NCBI GenBank assembly: GCA_046542845.1
Contig: JBKHAN010000003.1
Location: 4,166-68,165 of the forward strand
Direction: 5' to 3'
DNA: 64,000 nucleotides
From: Spirochaetaceae bacterium
GTDB taxonomy: Bacteria > Spirochaetota > Spirochaetia > DSM-27196 > SKKC01
The notes beneath the pieces were generated by a model. That model worked only from the letters and a program-made list of their open reading frames with translations, searched no databases and was not told the origin of the DNA. Every line of letters starts with the position of its first letter. The stretch's first letter is position 1. This document shows, piece by piece, positions 8,362 through 17,747 of this stretch. A program made the translations under genes and the position numbers.

Positions 8362-9960
8362 GAGTCCCTGCACGCGATCGTACAGCATGCGCGACGCTTT
8401 GTTTGCCTCTGCGATCGCGCTTCCCACCTCCGCGATATCATCGCGAACCTCGGCGAGGTTTTCAGCGATGGTGCGGGTGGTCCGGTCCAGCTGCTCGACG
8501 GTTACCCCGACCGATGTCACTTCCTGCGTGACTCGACCCTGCTCCTCTTCGATGCGTCTCGACTGTTCCTGCACCTCGTGCGATGCGTTCGTCAGCATTT
8601 GCATACCTTCGAGAATTTGCTGGCCGCCGGTTGTCAGTTCGGCTGCGCTATTAGAGATCTCGGAAAGCGCCTCGGCGAGCGCTCCAATTTCTGCGTGCAT
8701 CTCGCCGAAGGTCTTCGACGTTTCTGAAAACCTGCTGTTGCTGCGCTCTATGGTCTCCATGAGCCCTCGGACGCTCTTGCTGATCATAGTCGAGTTCTCC
8801 GAGGAGGACTCAGCAAGCTTGCGGATTTCCTCTGCGACTACGCTGAACCCTCGCCCGGCCTCACCTGCGTGAGCCGCTTCGATCGCTGCGTTCATTGAAA
8901 GAAGGTCGGTCTGCGCTGCGATACCACTGATAATGCCGTTGACCTCGAGCACGTCCTGCATCTTGTGGTTGGTCTCTTCAAAAACCTGCTCGGTCGCGGC
9001 CATGCTTTCGAGTCCCTGCTCCGCGCGGGCTACGAGCGCGTCAATTGCGGTATTTTTGGTCCGTGTAATCTCTTCGACAGACTGCAGACTTGCGAACATC
9101 TGGTGTACTGCGGCGCTCGACTCCTCGATTGCGCTCGCTTCGTCGGAAACCTGATTGTTGAAGACCTGGAGGCTGCCGGCGATAGAGCGTACCGATGACA
9201 GTGCGGTCGTTAAGCTGATGCCGAGGTCAGCCATTCCCGTCGACAGCGCTCTGATCTCATCGATCGAATCCTTGATTTTTTGCTCGGAAACCGAGAAGCG
9301 GTCAAACACGCGTTCCACCGTCCCCGCGCTCTCCCGTGTCGCTTCCATGACTTTCGTCAGTTCCTCAACCCGCGCACTCGAGGTCTCGTGCTGTGAGCGC
9401 AGCTCGTCGACCATGTTTCGTCCAACCACGTCCGACCGGAGCGCGAATCCGGCGGCGGTGATGTAGAGGACAAGGCTGTTGAACAGCGATTCCGTTGCTT
9501 CAGGTCCAGCAGCAACCGCGACGGTAAAATAAAACGCAAGATGCACCGCGAGGCCAAAAATGGTTGCGTACAGGAGATGCCACGACTTCCAGTTGACCGC
9601 AAGAACGAGCAGCAGCGGTGTTGCCATGTACAAGGCAGATACGTAGGGGGCGGTCTGATTGACGACGGGGTTGTTGAAAAGCAGCAGCGCCATTACGATG
9701 GGGGAACCGACGATCGCGATCGTTGAGGCAGCCGCAAACCTCCGACGGAACAGGAGAATGAGGACGCCTATAAACAGCGCGATCAGCCCCGCGTGAAACG
9801 GCAGCGGCGCAAGATTGCCGCTTCGAACGGAGTTTACGATGACCAGCGGCATCAAAAGAAGGATAAGTACCGAGGCAATAAGCACGTTCGGCGCTTTGCG
9901 ACGAAACTGATCCCGCGCCTCGTGTGCATACAGTTCTCGAAGTCTGTGAAACGGATTCAT
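8356..9960 (-). CDS. Methyl-accepting chemotaxis protein with polytopic N-terminal membrane domain
   Basis: 534 aa with the highly conserved MCP hairpin tip [34 protein letters not shown]. The N-terminal ~190 aa contains about six hydrophobic helices and no large periplasmic domain. Confidence 0.9.
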   Translation of the reverse strand: MNPFHRLRELYAHEARDQFRRKAPNVLIASVLILLLMPLVIVNSVRSGNLAPLPFHAGLIALFIGVLILLFRRRFAAASTIAIVGSPIVMALLLFNNPVVNQTAPYVSALYMATPLLLVLAVNWKSWHLLYATIFGLAVHLAFYFTVAVAAGPEATESLFNSLVLYITAAGFALRSDVVGRNMVDELRSQHETSSARVEELTKVMEATRESAGTVERVFDRFSVSEQKIKDSIDEIRALSTGMADLGISLTTALSSVRSIAGSLQVFNNQVSDEASAIEESSAAVHQMFASLQSVEEITRTKNTAIDALVARAEQGLESMAATEQVFEETNHKMQDVLEVNGIISGIAAQTDLLSMNAAIEAAHAGEAGRGFSVVAEEIRKLAESSSENSTMISKSVRGLMETIERSNSRFSETSKTFGEMHAEIGALAEALSEISNSAAELTTGGQQILEGMQMLTNASHEVQEQSRRIEEEQGRVTQEVTSVGVTVEQLDRTTRTIAENLAEVRDDIAEVGSAIAEANKASRMLYDRVQGLL

Positions 9961-10090
9961 GACTGGATACTACACAGAGAATAGAGACTTCGTCGACAGA
10001 ATTTACCGCAAAGGTGTCGCGTGAACGCTATCCCGCCCAAAGCATCTGACATTGCAATCACAACAAAGCGCACCTGTACGTATCGTGGTA

Positions 10091-10119
10091 TTGCATAAAG
10101 GTTTATTCGTCGGTATATT
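10091..10119 (+). promoter_or_regulatory. Candidate sigma70-type promoter for the first SorC regulator gene
   Basis: TTGCAT (10091-10096), a 17-nt spacer, then TATATT (10114-10119), inside a visibly AT-rich 278-nt intergenic region. Confidence 0.3.
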
Positions 10120-10238
10120 TTTTTCGTCTTTGTAAGGCCCGCCGCATTAATTGCTGTTACTCGAAAAAACAGCATGCAAAATCATACGAAGCCTGCTTTA
10201 CGTGGTATATTTAAACAAGAGAGAGAGGTTTTATTATT

Positions 10239-11198
10239 ATGAATACAATAACGGATACATTCGTGGATGCATCGGACGACTTTGGCGATGCGCGTCGCGA
10301 TCTTTTTGCCAAGATTGCTCGGCTCTATTACGTCGAGGACATGAATCAGCGACAGATTGCCGAGCAGCTCAATATTTCGGTCGCGAGTGTCTCGCGGGCT
10401 CTGTCAAAGGCGAAAGACCTCAATATAGTCCGCATATCAATCGAAGAAACACGGGAAGAATTCCACAAGATCGAGATCGATCTTGAGCAGCGCTACAACG
10501 TGCGCGAGTGCATGGTTGCGGGGCGCTTCGATAGCAAAGAGGACGTGTACGCAGACATGGCCTCCATGGCCACAGGGCTGTTCGCGCGACTGCTCAAGCG
10601 TGACGACGTTCTTGGCATTGGCTGGGGTGCCGATCTTCGCGGACTCGCACAAAACATCGGCCGTGCAAGCGTCGGACGCATCGATATTGTACCCACAGCC
10701 GGAATCCTCGAGCACGTCGGGCCTGCGGTGCAACCCTCTGCGATTGCATCTACCCTGCACGAGCACATCGACTCGGACGTTCACGAAGTACACCTTCCAG
10801 GTCTTGCGACATCGCCGGCGCAACGGAACAGCCTTCTGAAAGGCGATGAGTTCAGGCCGGTCCGCCGTTTGTGGAACCGCCTGGATACGGTAATCCTGAA
10901 CGTGGAAGCGCTTGACGGTAAGAGCCACGGGTTTTACTCGGTCGACCAGCAGAAAGAGCTGAAAGGCCTTGGCGGCGTATGCGCGATAAACGGCAGCGTG
11001 CTCGATGCAAACGGTAACCTCGTTGAGCATCCATACACAGAGAACGTCGTAGCAGTGGAGCTTGACGAGTTACGCCACGTGAGAAATGTCGCGGTCGTAG
11101 CGACTGGAGCACCGTCGGCGAAGGCGCTGCGCGCAGTGCTCGCCGCAGGTCTTGCACACGTGCTGATCATTGACGTGAACTGCGCGGAGTCGCTGTAA
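10239..11198 (+). CDS. SorC/DeoR-type sugar-binding transcriptional regulator
   Basis: 319 aa. The N-terminal HTH is ARLYYVEDMNQRQIAEQLNISVASVSRALSKAKDLNIVRISI, followed by a sugar-phosphate-binding-like domain. Confidence 0.85.
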   Translation: MNTITDTFVDASDDFGDARRDLFAKIARLYYVEDMNQRQIAEQLNISVASVSRALSKAKDLNIVRISIEETREEFHKIEIDLEQRYNVRECMVAGRFDSKEDVYADMASMATGLFARLLKRDDVLGIGWGADLRGLAQNIGRASVGRIDIVPTAGILEHVGPAVQPSAIASTLHEHIDSDVHEVHLPGLATSPAQRNSLLKGDEFRPVRRLWNRLDTVILNVEALDGKSHGFYSVDQQKELKGLGGVCAINGSVLDANGNLVEHPYTENVVAVELDELRHVRNVAVVATGAPSAKALRAVLAAGLAHVLIIDVNCAESL

Positions 11199-11232
11199 AA
11201 CGTCGTCGAACGGAAGCGAGAGGCAGGGATTC

Positions 11233-11266
11233 AACCGGGTTGTGTGCGCACGCCCGGTTTTTTTTT
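11233..11266 (+). terminator. Rho-independent terminator after the first SorC regulator gene
   Basis: Stem AACCGGG (11233-11239) pairs with CCCGGTT (11253-11259), followed by a run of 9 T (11258-11266). It lies 35 nt after the stop codon. Confidence 0.7.
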
Positions 11267-11268
11267 AC

Positions 11269-11409
11269 TGTCCGCGACCCTGGTGTTTTTTAACCGTAAA
11301 TGCATGGCGCACAACGACATGGAGGGGCGACAAAGATTTTTCATGGACGGATACACAAGCCGTTGCCCAGGCAATATTTAGCCCTCAATGAACACCAGGG
11401 TTGCGGACA
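11269..11409. repeat. 19-bp inverted repeat pair enclosing 103 nt
   Basis: TGTCCGCGACCCTGGTGTT (11269-11287) versus AACACCAGGGTTGCGGACA (11391-11409). They are 18/19 complementary, and the single mismatch would be a G-U pair in plus-strand RNA. Confidence 0.8.
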
Positions 11410-11432
11410 CTAGGGTTTTTACAAGTCTTCGC

Positions 11433-11460
11433 TTGACGATCGGCCCCGATACGGTATGAT
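11433..11460 (+). promoter_or_regulatory. Candidate sigma70-type promoter for the sorC2-glpK unit
   Basis: TTGACG (11433-11438), a 16-nt spacer, then TATGAT (11455-11460). The predicted start site would fall in or next to the GGAGG RBS, so this call is questionable. Confidence 0.25.
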
Positions 11461-11475
11461 TTTGGAGGCGAAACC

Positions 11476-12438
11476 ATGAAAAATTCCGAAGCCCGCATCC
11501 GGGATGCCCTCGAAGTTGCGAAACTATACTACTACCACGGTCTTACAACCGAGAAAATTGCGGAGGAACGCGGTGTATCTCGACCGAAAATTTCCAGGCT
11601 TCTGAATTTTGCACGCGAACAGGGTCTTGTAGAGATTACGATTCACGATACCGACCGCAACGTCGCGCCGTTGAGTGATGCTATAATCGAGCGCTTTCGC
11701 CTTAAGGCGGTGCACGTGGTTTCGGTGCCCGAAGTGCTCGGAGAGCTGGTATGGCTTGAGCGCGTTGCTGAGTTCAGCGCAAATTTCCTGAACACGGTAC
11801 TTGTCGCAGGGATGACCGTGGGCTGCGCGTGGGGGACAACAATAAGCGCCGTCGCCGAGCGACTGATCCCCAAAGCCATCCCGGACCTTCGACTCGTGCA
11901 GCTCAACGGTTCGGGCAACACCCATACCTACGATAACCGCTACGCCGCACAGATCCTGCAAACCTTCGCCGCCAACTTCGGTGCACGCGTCTACCTGTTT
12001 CCTGTGCCGACTTTTTTTGATTTCCCGGAGACGAAAACCGCGATGTGGAGGGAACGGAGCATCACCAGGATACTCGAGATGCAGCAAAATGCCGATGTAT
12101 TGCTGTACAGCATCGGAGCGGTGTCGGGTGGCGTGCCCAGTCATGTGTATAGCGGAGAATACCTCGAAGAACACGACCTCGGAGAACTCCGGTCGTCGGG
12201 AGCGGTCGGCGACCTTGCGACTGTTTTCTATCGGGCCGACGGGAGCTACAAAGACATAGCAATTAACGCACGTTCGACTGGTCCGCCGCTGGAGTTGTAC
12301 CAGCGAGTGAAGCGCGCGGTGTGTATCGTTTCCGGCCGCGCAAAAGTGGAAGGACTTCACGCCGCACTGCACGCAGGGTACCTCAACGAGCTGATAATCG
12401 ACGAGCCGACCGCCCGCCTTCTGGTCGACCGCCTGTAA
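11476..12438 (+). CDS. SorC/DeoR-type sugar-binding transcriptional regulator (paralog of 10239-11198)
   Basis: 320 aa with the HTH AKLYYYHGLTTEKIAEERGVSRPKISRLLNFAREQGLVEITI. A GGAGG RBS is present. glpK follows 39 nt downstream. Confidence 0.85.
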   Translation: MKNSEARIRDALEVAKLYYYHGLTTEKIAEERGVSRPKISRLLNFAREQGLVEITIHDTDRNVAPLSDAIIERFRLKAVHVVSVPEVLGELVWLERVAEFSANFLNTVLVAGMTVGCAWGTTISAVAERLIPKAIPDLRLVQLNGSGNTHTYDNRYAAQILQTFAANFGARVYLFPVPTFFDFPETKTAMWRERSITRILEMQQNADVLLYSIGAVSGGVPSHVYSGEYLEEHDLGELRSSGAVGDLATVFYRADGSYKDIAINARSTGPPLELYQRVKRAVCIVSGRAKVEGLHAALHAGYLNELIIDEPTARLLVDRL

Positions 12439-12477
12439 GGCACACAGATGCGCTCGTGAGCGCACAGGAGAACACCT

Positions 12478-13989
12478 ATGAGTGAACAGTATGTAATGGC
12501 TTTTGACGCTGGTACGACCAGCAACCGCGCGATTCTTTTCGATCACGCCGGCGAGATTCACGCGGTTGCCCAGCAGGAGTTTCCACAGATATATCCCAGA
12601 CCGGGTTGGGTAGAACATAACCCTATGGATATCTGGGGGACACAGAGCGGTGTTGCCCGGCAGGTACTCGAGCGGGCGGGTGTGAGACCCGATCAGCTAG
12701 CGGCAATCGGAATCACGAATCAACGCGAGACGGTCGTCGTCTGGGACGCAGAAACCGGGCGGCCGGTGCATAATGCGATTGTATGGCAGGACCGTCGCAC
12801 CGCCGGAATCTGTGACAGCCTGCGCGAACGAGGGTGGGAAGACCATATACGCGATACCACCGGCCTCGTCATAGACGCGTATTTTTCGGCTACGAAGGTT
12901 AAGTGGCTGCTCGACGAGGTGGACGGTATACGCGAGAAGGCGAAGCAGGGGAAGGTCCTTTTTGGAACCGTCGATACCTGGCTGATATGGAACCTTACCC
13001 GCGGCAAGGTCCACGTTACAGACTACTCAAACGCCTCGCGAACCATGATGTTCGACATCAATACGCTCGACTGGGACGACGCCATTCTTGCCGAACTCGA
13101 TATTCCCCGTGCCATGCTGCCCGAGGTGAAGCCCTCAAGTTCGGTGTACGGAGTTACAGACGAGCATACCTTCGGCGGTGCAAAAATACCGGTTGCCGCG
13201 GCGATCGGAGATCAGCAGGGGGCGCTCTTCGGACAGGCGTGTTTTGAAAGGGGTATGGCAAAAAACACCTACGGCACCGGCAGTTTTGTACTCATGAATA
13301 CCGGAACCGAGAGAATCGCGAGCAAGACCGGGCTTCTCACGACCATTGCCTGGGGGATAGGCGACCAACCCGTGGAGTACGCGCTTGAGGGTTCGATTTT
13401 TGTGACCGGAGCCGCCGTACAGTGGCTTCGGGACGAACTGCACATAATAAATGATGCCCGCGATACCGAGTATTTTGCAAACAAGGTAGAGGATAACGGT
13501 GGAATCTACCTCGTACCGGCCTTTGTGGGGCTCGGGGCTCCCCACTGGGACGCCTACGCGCGCGGTACAATCGTCGGCCTCAGCCGAGGGACAAACCTGA
13601 GCCACATCGTCCGGGCAACGCTTGAGTCGATCGCATATCAGACCCGCGATGTCATACAGTGCATGGAGGAGGACTCGGGCATAGTCACGAGGGAACTGAA
13701 GGCTGACGGCGGGGCAAGCGCAAACGACTTCCTCATGCAGTTTCAGGCCGACATGCTCGCAATACCCGTTCTTCGCCCCCGCATTATAGAAGCGACGGCT
13801 CGCGGATCGGCCTTCCTCGCAGGACTCGCCACAGGCTTCTGGAAAGACCGTTCCGAAATCGCCGAGTCCTTCGAGATAGACAAACAGTTTCAACCCCAGC
13901 TCGGAGAAGAAACCCGTACCCGGCTTTACAGAGGTTGGAAACGGGCAGTCCAGAAATCCAAAGGCTGGATTGATCCAGAGACGGAGTAG
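12478..13989 (+). CDS. glpK: Glycerol kinase
   Basis: 503 aa. [39 protein letters not shown] and [10 protein letters not shown] are canonical GlpK/FGGY motifs across the full length. Confidence 0.95.
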   Translation: MSEQYVMAFDAGTTSNRAILFDHAGEIHAVAQQEFPQIYPRPGWVEHNPMDIWGTQSGVARQVLERAGVRPDQLAAIGITNQRETVVVWDAETGRPVHNAIVWQDRRTAGICDSLRERGWEDHIRDTTGLVIDAYFSATKVKWLLDEVDGIREKAKQGKVLFGTVDTWLIWNLTRGKVHVTDYSNASRTMMFDINTLDWDDAILAELDIPRAMLPEVKPSSSVYGVTDEHTFGGAKIPVAAAIGDQQGALFGQACFERGMAKNTYGTGSFVLMNTGTERIASKTGLLTTIAWGIGDQPVEYALEGSIFVTGAAVQWLRDELHIINDARDTEYFANKVEDNGGIYLVPAFVGLGAPHWDAYARGTIVGLSRGTNLSHIVRATLESIAYQTRDVIQCMEEDSGIVTRELKADGGASANDFLMQFQADMLAIPVLRPRIIEATARGSAFLAGLATGFWKDRSEIAESFEIDKQFQPQLGEETRTRLYRGWKRAVQKSKGWIDPETE

Positions 13990-14013
13990 CCAATTCCATT
14001 CCAGGACCATATT

Positions 14014-16029
14014 ATGCATACGCTTCGCCCGCTTTTCATTGCTCTGGTCTTCGTCTGCAGCATGTACCCCCTGGTCGCCTCGGAATCAGACTCGATTAAT
14101 GAGGCGATACAGCACTTTTACCGCGGTGACATTCCCTCGTCCATCCGCGTTTTCACCAGAGTCGTGGACAGTCCGGCCGCCTCGGATCGGGAGCAGCGCC
14201 TCGCAACCGATTCGCTCCTTGCCATATATCGAATGACAGGCAGATACGACCGCGCACTGACCCTGCTCGATCCCGCAGACCCGGCTCGAGTCGAGGTGCT
14301 TCAGCAGGCTGGACGGCAGGAAGAGGCCTTGGAAGCCTATGAGGCACTACCGGCGTCGGAAGCGCAAAATGCGGATGCCGCGATGGCCGCTGCCCGCGCG
14401 GCGAAGCGTACCGGCGATCTCGATACCGCGGAGGAATACCTTCGGACCGTTTTCGAGGTCTCGCCGGTCGGAGGCCAGGCGTATCAGACGCTCGGGGAGC
14501 TGCACCTCGCCTTGCAGCGTTATGAGGAAGCGATAGAGGCGTTTAGAACCTCTCGAAGACTCGAACCGAACCTTACGGCGACGCTGCTGCCCGAAGCGCG
14601 GGCACTGTTCGAACTCGAACGGTACGCCGAGGCTCGTAGCCTGTTGCGCAGGGCTCGATCCGCCCGACCCCACGAGCGCGAGGCAGACGAGCTCCTGTCA
14701 CGGGTCGACTCGATTGCGCCCGAGCTCGCCGTTGCGGACGACGAGGAACAGCGTGTACGGCGGGAGACAAGCGACGCCCCCCGGGTCTCGGACGTCCCCG
14801 AGAATGCGGCAGACATACCGGGGATTCGCATCGGTCTCGCGGAGTCGTTGGAGGAACTCTGGGTCAAGACCGGTGATGCCTGGCGTGTGCCCGAAGCGTC
14901 ACAGCTTTCGGGAGGACGGGGCGACATTATACAGTTTGCGACAGATGGGTCCGAACTCGTTGTACACGTCAACGGCGAAGAGACGGCTCGTCAGCCCCTG
15001 CGCAACGGGTGGATCACGCTCACGCAGGAGAACCCGCGCGCAACGCTGCTTGTTTTCGACCTTGAACACTCCACCGGACAATTCTCGGCCGGCATTGAAG
15101 ACAGAGCGTATCGGGGGGAGCTCTCGGTCGGTCGTCCTGACGGCGCCGATTCCCGCGGGTTCACGGTGGTGAACGAGCTCGACGTGGAGTCCTACCTTTA
15201 TTCGGTCGTGCCCTCTGAGATCCCGGCGTGGTGGCCCGAGGCTGCCCTCGAGGCTCAGGCTGTCGCGGCGAGAAGCTACACCTTCGCAGCAGGCAGACGG
15301 CGCTATCTGACCCGAGGCTTCGACCTCCTCGGGTCGGTGGGCAGCGCATTCTACCGGGGCGTGGGTGGTGAGTCGCCGCGGACGACCGCCGCTGTCAACG
15401 CCACACGAGGGCAGGTCCTTCGAACCGGGAGCGGGGCGATTCTTTCGGCAGTCTATTCTGCCAATAACGCGGGGCAGAGCGACAGCGCCGCCGATGTGTG
15501 GGGAAATCAGTCGCCGCTCGTCGGTGTCGCAGATCCTCAGCTGGGAGAGTCGCCGTGGTATCGCAGTCCGGCCGATCTGGCTGATTGGATATTCTCGCGC
15601 CCGGAAAGCTACAGTTCTGTGGAGCCCTTCTCGCAATGGAACGCCTACCGGTGGGAGCTCAGGGTCGACGTCGACGAGTTGTCTCGGCGCAATCCGGGAA
15701 TCGGCAGGGTCACTGCGCTTATGCCCGAAGGTCGGAGCCCCGCCGGTCGAGTGCGGCACGTCCGTCTGATCGGCAGCAGCGGAAGCAGAATGGTGTCCGG
15801 CGACGCCATACGCAACAGACTCGGTGGATTGCGCAGCAATCTCTTTATTGTTGAGCCGGTGTTTGACGACGAGGGCAGCACGCGGGAATTCGTGTTCCAC
15901 GGAGCCGGTTGGGGACACGGCGTCGGCATGGACCAGACCGGCGCAGCAGGGATGGCGCAGAGTGGCTTTGACAGCTCGCAGATTCTCCGGCATTACTACC
16001 CGCGTGCCGACCTTTCGGTGTACTATTGA
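14014..16029 (+). CDS. TPR-repeat / SpoIID-LytB domain fusion protein (secreted)
   Basis: 671 aa with a signal peptide. The N-terminal ~230 aa is TPR-like. The C-terminal part has SpoIID signatures (YLYSVVPSEIPAWWPEAALEAQAVAARSYTF, AVYSANNAGQSDSAADVWG, GHGVGMDQTGAAGMA). Confidence 0.85.
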   Translation: MHTLRPLFIALVFVCSMYPLVASESDSINEAIQHFYRGDIPSSIRVFTRVVDSPAASDREQRLATDSLLAIYRMTGRYDRALTLLDPADPARVEVLQQAGRQEEALEAYEALPASEAQNADAAMAAARAAKRTGDLDTAEEYLRTVFEVSPVGGQAYQTLGELHLALQRYEEAIEAFRTSRRLEPNLTATLLPEARALFELERYAEARSLLRRARSARPHEREADELLSRVDSIAPELAVADDEEQRVRRETSDAPRVSDVPENAADIPGIRIGLAESLEELWVKTGDAWRVPEASQLSGGRGDIIQFATDGSELVVHVNGEETARQPLRNGWITLTQENPRATLLVFDLEHSTGQFSAGIEDRAYRGELSVGRPDGADSRGFTVVNELDVESYLYSVVPSEIPAWWPEAALEAQAVAARSYTFAAGRRRYLTRGFDLLGSVGSAFYRGVGGESPRTTAAVNATRGQVLRTGSGAILSAVYSANNAGQSDSAADVWGNQSPLVGVADPQLGESPWYRSPADLADWIFSRPESYSSVEPFSQWNAYRWELRVDVDELSRRNPGIGRVTALMPEGRSPAGRVRHVRLIGSSGSRMVSGDAIRNRLGGLRSNLFIVEPVFDDEGSTREFVFHGAGWGHGVGMDQTGAAGMAQSGFDSSQILRHYYPRADLSVYY

Positions 16030-16036
16030 CTCCGTT

Positions 16037-17011
16037 ATGAAAGCAGCGCTGAGAATTCATGGTGTGGTTTTTGTCGTGCTTGTTTTCGTGGTAGTGAGCG
16101 CCGGAGCACAGGATGCGCTTTTCATCGACGAGCTACGCTCGCAGGATACGGTGTCGATCGGGCAAGCCGCTTTTCTTCTGTACCGCTCGGCTCTACAGGA
16201 TAACCCGCCGGCTACGATCCCGGAGTCCGTGGAACGCCTTTCTGAACGACATCCCAGGTATCGCGGCAGCGATCCCGAGGAGACGGTACGCCTGTCGGAC
16301 TTCACGCTCATCGCATTGGACGCATTCGATGTGCCTGGGGGTATAATGTACACCCTGACCGGCAGTCCCCGGTACGCGTACCGCGAGGCTGTCTACCGGC
16401 AGCTTGTACAGGGACGGACATCACCACGCGAAACGGTCAGCGGAGATCGCGCTTTGCGGGTGGTACATCGCCTGCTCTCCGCCTTCCCACCGTCTGTGTT
16501 TGAAGACACCGAACGGATACGCGGACGCATACAGGAACTTCAGCAGCAGATCGAGACCTTCGGCCTGCGCCTGTTCGACCCGGAGTCCTACGCCCGCGGC
16601 ATGGAAATTCTCGTCGCGGCCGATGCCCGACGCGAAACACTCCCGGCCGAGGCATTTCAGGACTACGAACGGGCCGAGACGGCGCTTGGAATCGTCGTGA
16701 ACACCGGTTTCCCGGTTGTAATCGAGGATTTGCGTCGTACCGTTCTCGACGCGCGCGAAGAAGCGGTAGCGGCGCAGGCAGACACCTCGCTCCCGAACGA
16801 GTTTTCGCAGCTTGAGGAGCGTCTCGCAGACGCGGAGAGCCTACGACGACAACGGCGGTTTCCGGAGGCCTATGAACAATACGAAGATGTACGGCAGCGT
16901 TTCCGCACCCTCGCCGATATTACACGAGAGATGCGGGAAGAAACAGAGAACGCGGTCGATGAAGTAGAGGGCCGACTTCAGCAGATCCGGGAAGACGAAC
17001 AGGATTCCTGA
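16037..17011 (+). CDS. Secreted hypothetical protein with C-terminal coiled-coil
   Basis: The track ORF starts at 15824 inside the upstream gene. I use the ATG at 16037 (MKAALRIHGVVFVVLVFVVVSAGAQ, a signal peptide). The C-terminal third is Glu/Arg-rich and helical. Confidence 0.55.
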   Translation: MKAALRIHGVVFVVLVFVVVSAGAQDALFIDELRSQDTVSIGQAAFLLYRSALQDNPPATIPESVERLSERHPRYRGSDPEETVRLSDFTLIALDAFDVPGGIMYTLTGSPRYAYREAVYRQLVQGRTSPRETVSGDRALRVVHRLLSAFPPSVFEDTERIRGRIQELQQQIETFGLRLFDPESYARGMEILVAADARRETLPAEAFQDYERAETALGIVVNTGFPVVIEDLRRTVLDAREEAVAAQADTSLPNEFSQLEERLADAESLRRQRRFPEAYEQYEDVRQRFRTLADITREMREETENAVDEVEGRLQQIREDEQDS

Positions 17012-17722
17012 TCAATCGAGTACGGGTAGAATTCTCAGGACCGCGCGTGTCACGGGCTGGGCCGTATCCTCGCCGGAGTCGTCGAAGAGCGACTGCTCAT
17101 CCGGTCCATCCGGTTCAGTCTGGCTGACGCGCGTATCGACAATTACCGCTGACCGCCGTTCTGCTACCGGGCTGCGCGGGACCTCGTTCCCGACGACCGA
17201 GCTCCGGCGCCCTGCCTCGACGGTGATTCGCTGGCCAAGACTGTTCTCGATCTCCACCACCCCTTCGTCTACGGTCAGATTTTGCCCGTCAAATTCGAAT
17301 GAGGTACCGCGTACCGATGCGGTTGCAGTAGGACCTCTGAGCTGAAAGTCAAACTGCCGGTCGGATGCACGGCGCACTTCGCCCCGAACGCGCCCGATCT
17401 CCAGATCCATATTCGTGGTGATCACATTCTCGCTCTCAAACAGTTCCTGTATGGTCAATCGCGACAGAGCCCGAACCCGAATGACGGTGTCTTCAATTTC
17501 GATTGCGGCGGTGGAACCAAACCCGGTCGAAATGCGGGTTCCGGCTGCTACAATCTGTCCGACCCGGGCTTCTTCCCAGACGTCTCCTGCCTGCTGCTGT
17601 ATTTCGACGGTGCCGCGAATCTGGCTTATGACTGCGCGCTCAATACCCTGAGCGTGAAGCGGCGCGAACGATAACACCATCATAACGATCAGAACCCCTG
17701 CCCCTGTTGATACGCGTTTCAC
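17012..17722 (-). CDS. FecR-domain protein (secreted)
   Basis: 236 aa with a signal peptide. The G-T-V-x-I ... A..G..I.TG..S.A.I ... RG-T-xF pattern (IRGTVEIQQQAGDVWEEARVGQIVAAGTRISTGFGSTAAIEIED ... ASVRGTSFEF) is typical of the FecR family. Confidence 0.75.
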   Translation of the reverse strand: MKRVSTGAGVLIVMMVLSFAPLHAQGIERAVISQIRGTVEIQQQAGDVWEEARVGQIVAAGTRISTGFGSTAAIEIEDTVIRVRALSRLTIQELFESENVITTNMDLEIGRVRGEVRRASDRQFDFQLRGPTATASVRGTSFEFDGQNLTVDEGVVEIENSLGQRITVEAGRRSSVVGNEVPRSPVAERRSAVIVDTRVSQTEPDGPDEQSLFDDSGEDTAQPVTRAVLRILPVLD

Positions 17723-17747
17723 AACACCCCCTATCAGATTTGATGAC

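Noticed and set aside
11269-11409. Interpretation of the 19-bp inverted repeat as a MITE
   Set aside because: I see no target-site duplication at the flanks and no second copy in this window. I cannot exclude it without a whole-genome search, so the repeat is reported as an unexplained finding rather than a mobile element.
11524-12618. 364-aa minus-strand ORF covering the second SorC regulator
   Set aside because: It is antisense to a gene with a clear HTH and RBS, and it has no recognisable features. The same reasoning applies to 14899-15993, 13135-14019, 28016-28981, 30345-31268, 34938-35951, 43714-44682, 53803-54816, 55352-56248, 59046-59882 and 59940-61004.
15824-16036. 5' extension of ORF 15824-17011 into the SpoIID gene
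   Set aside because: It overlaps the well-supported SpoIID C-terminus. The signal peptide begins at the ATG at 16037.
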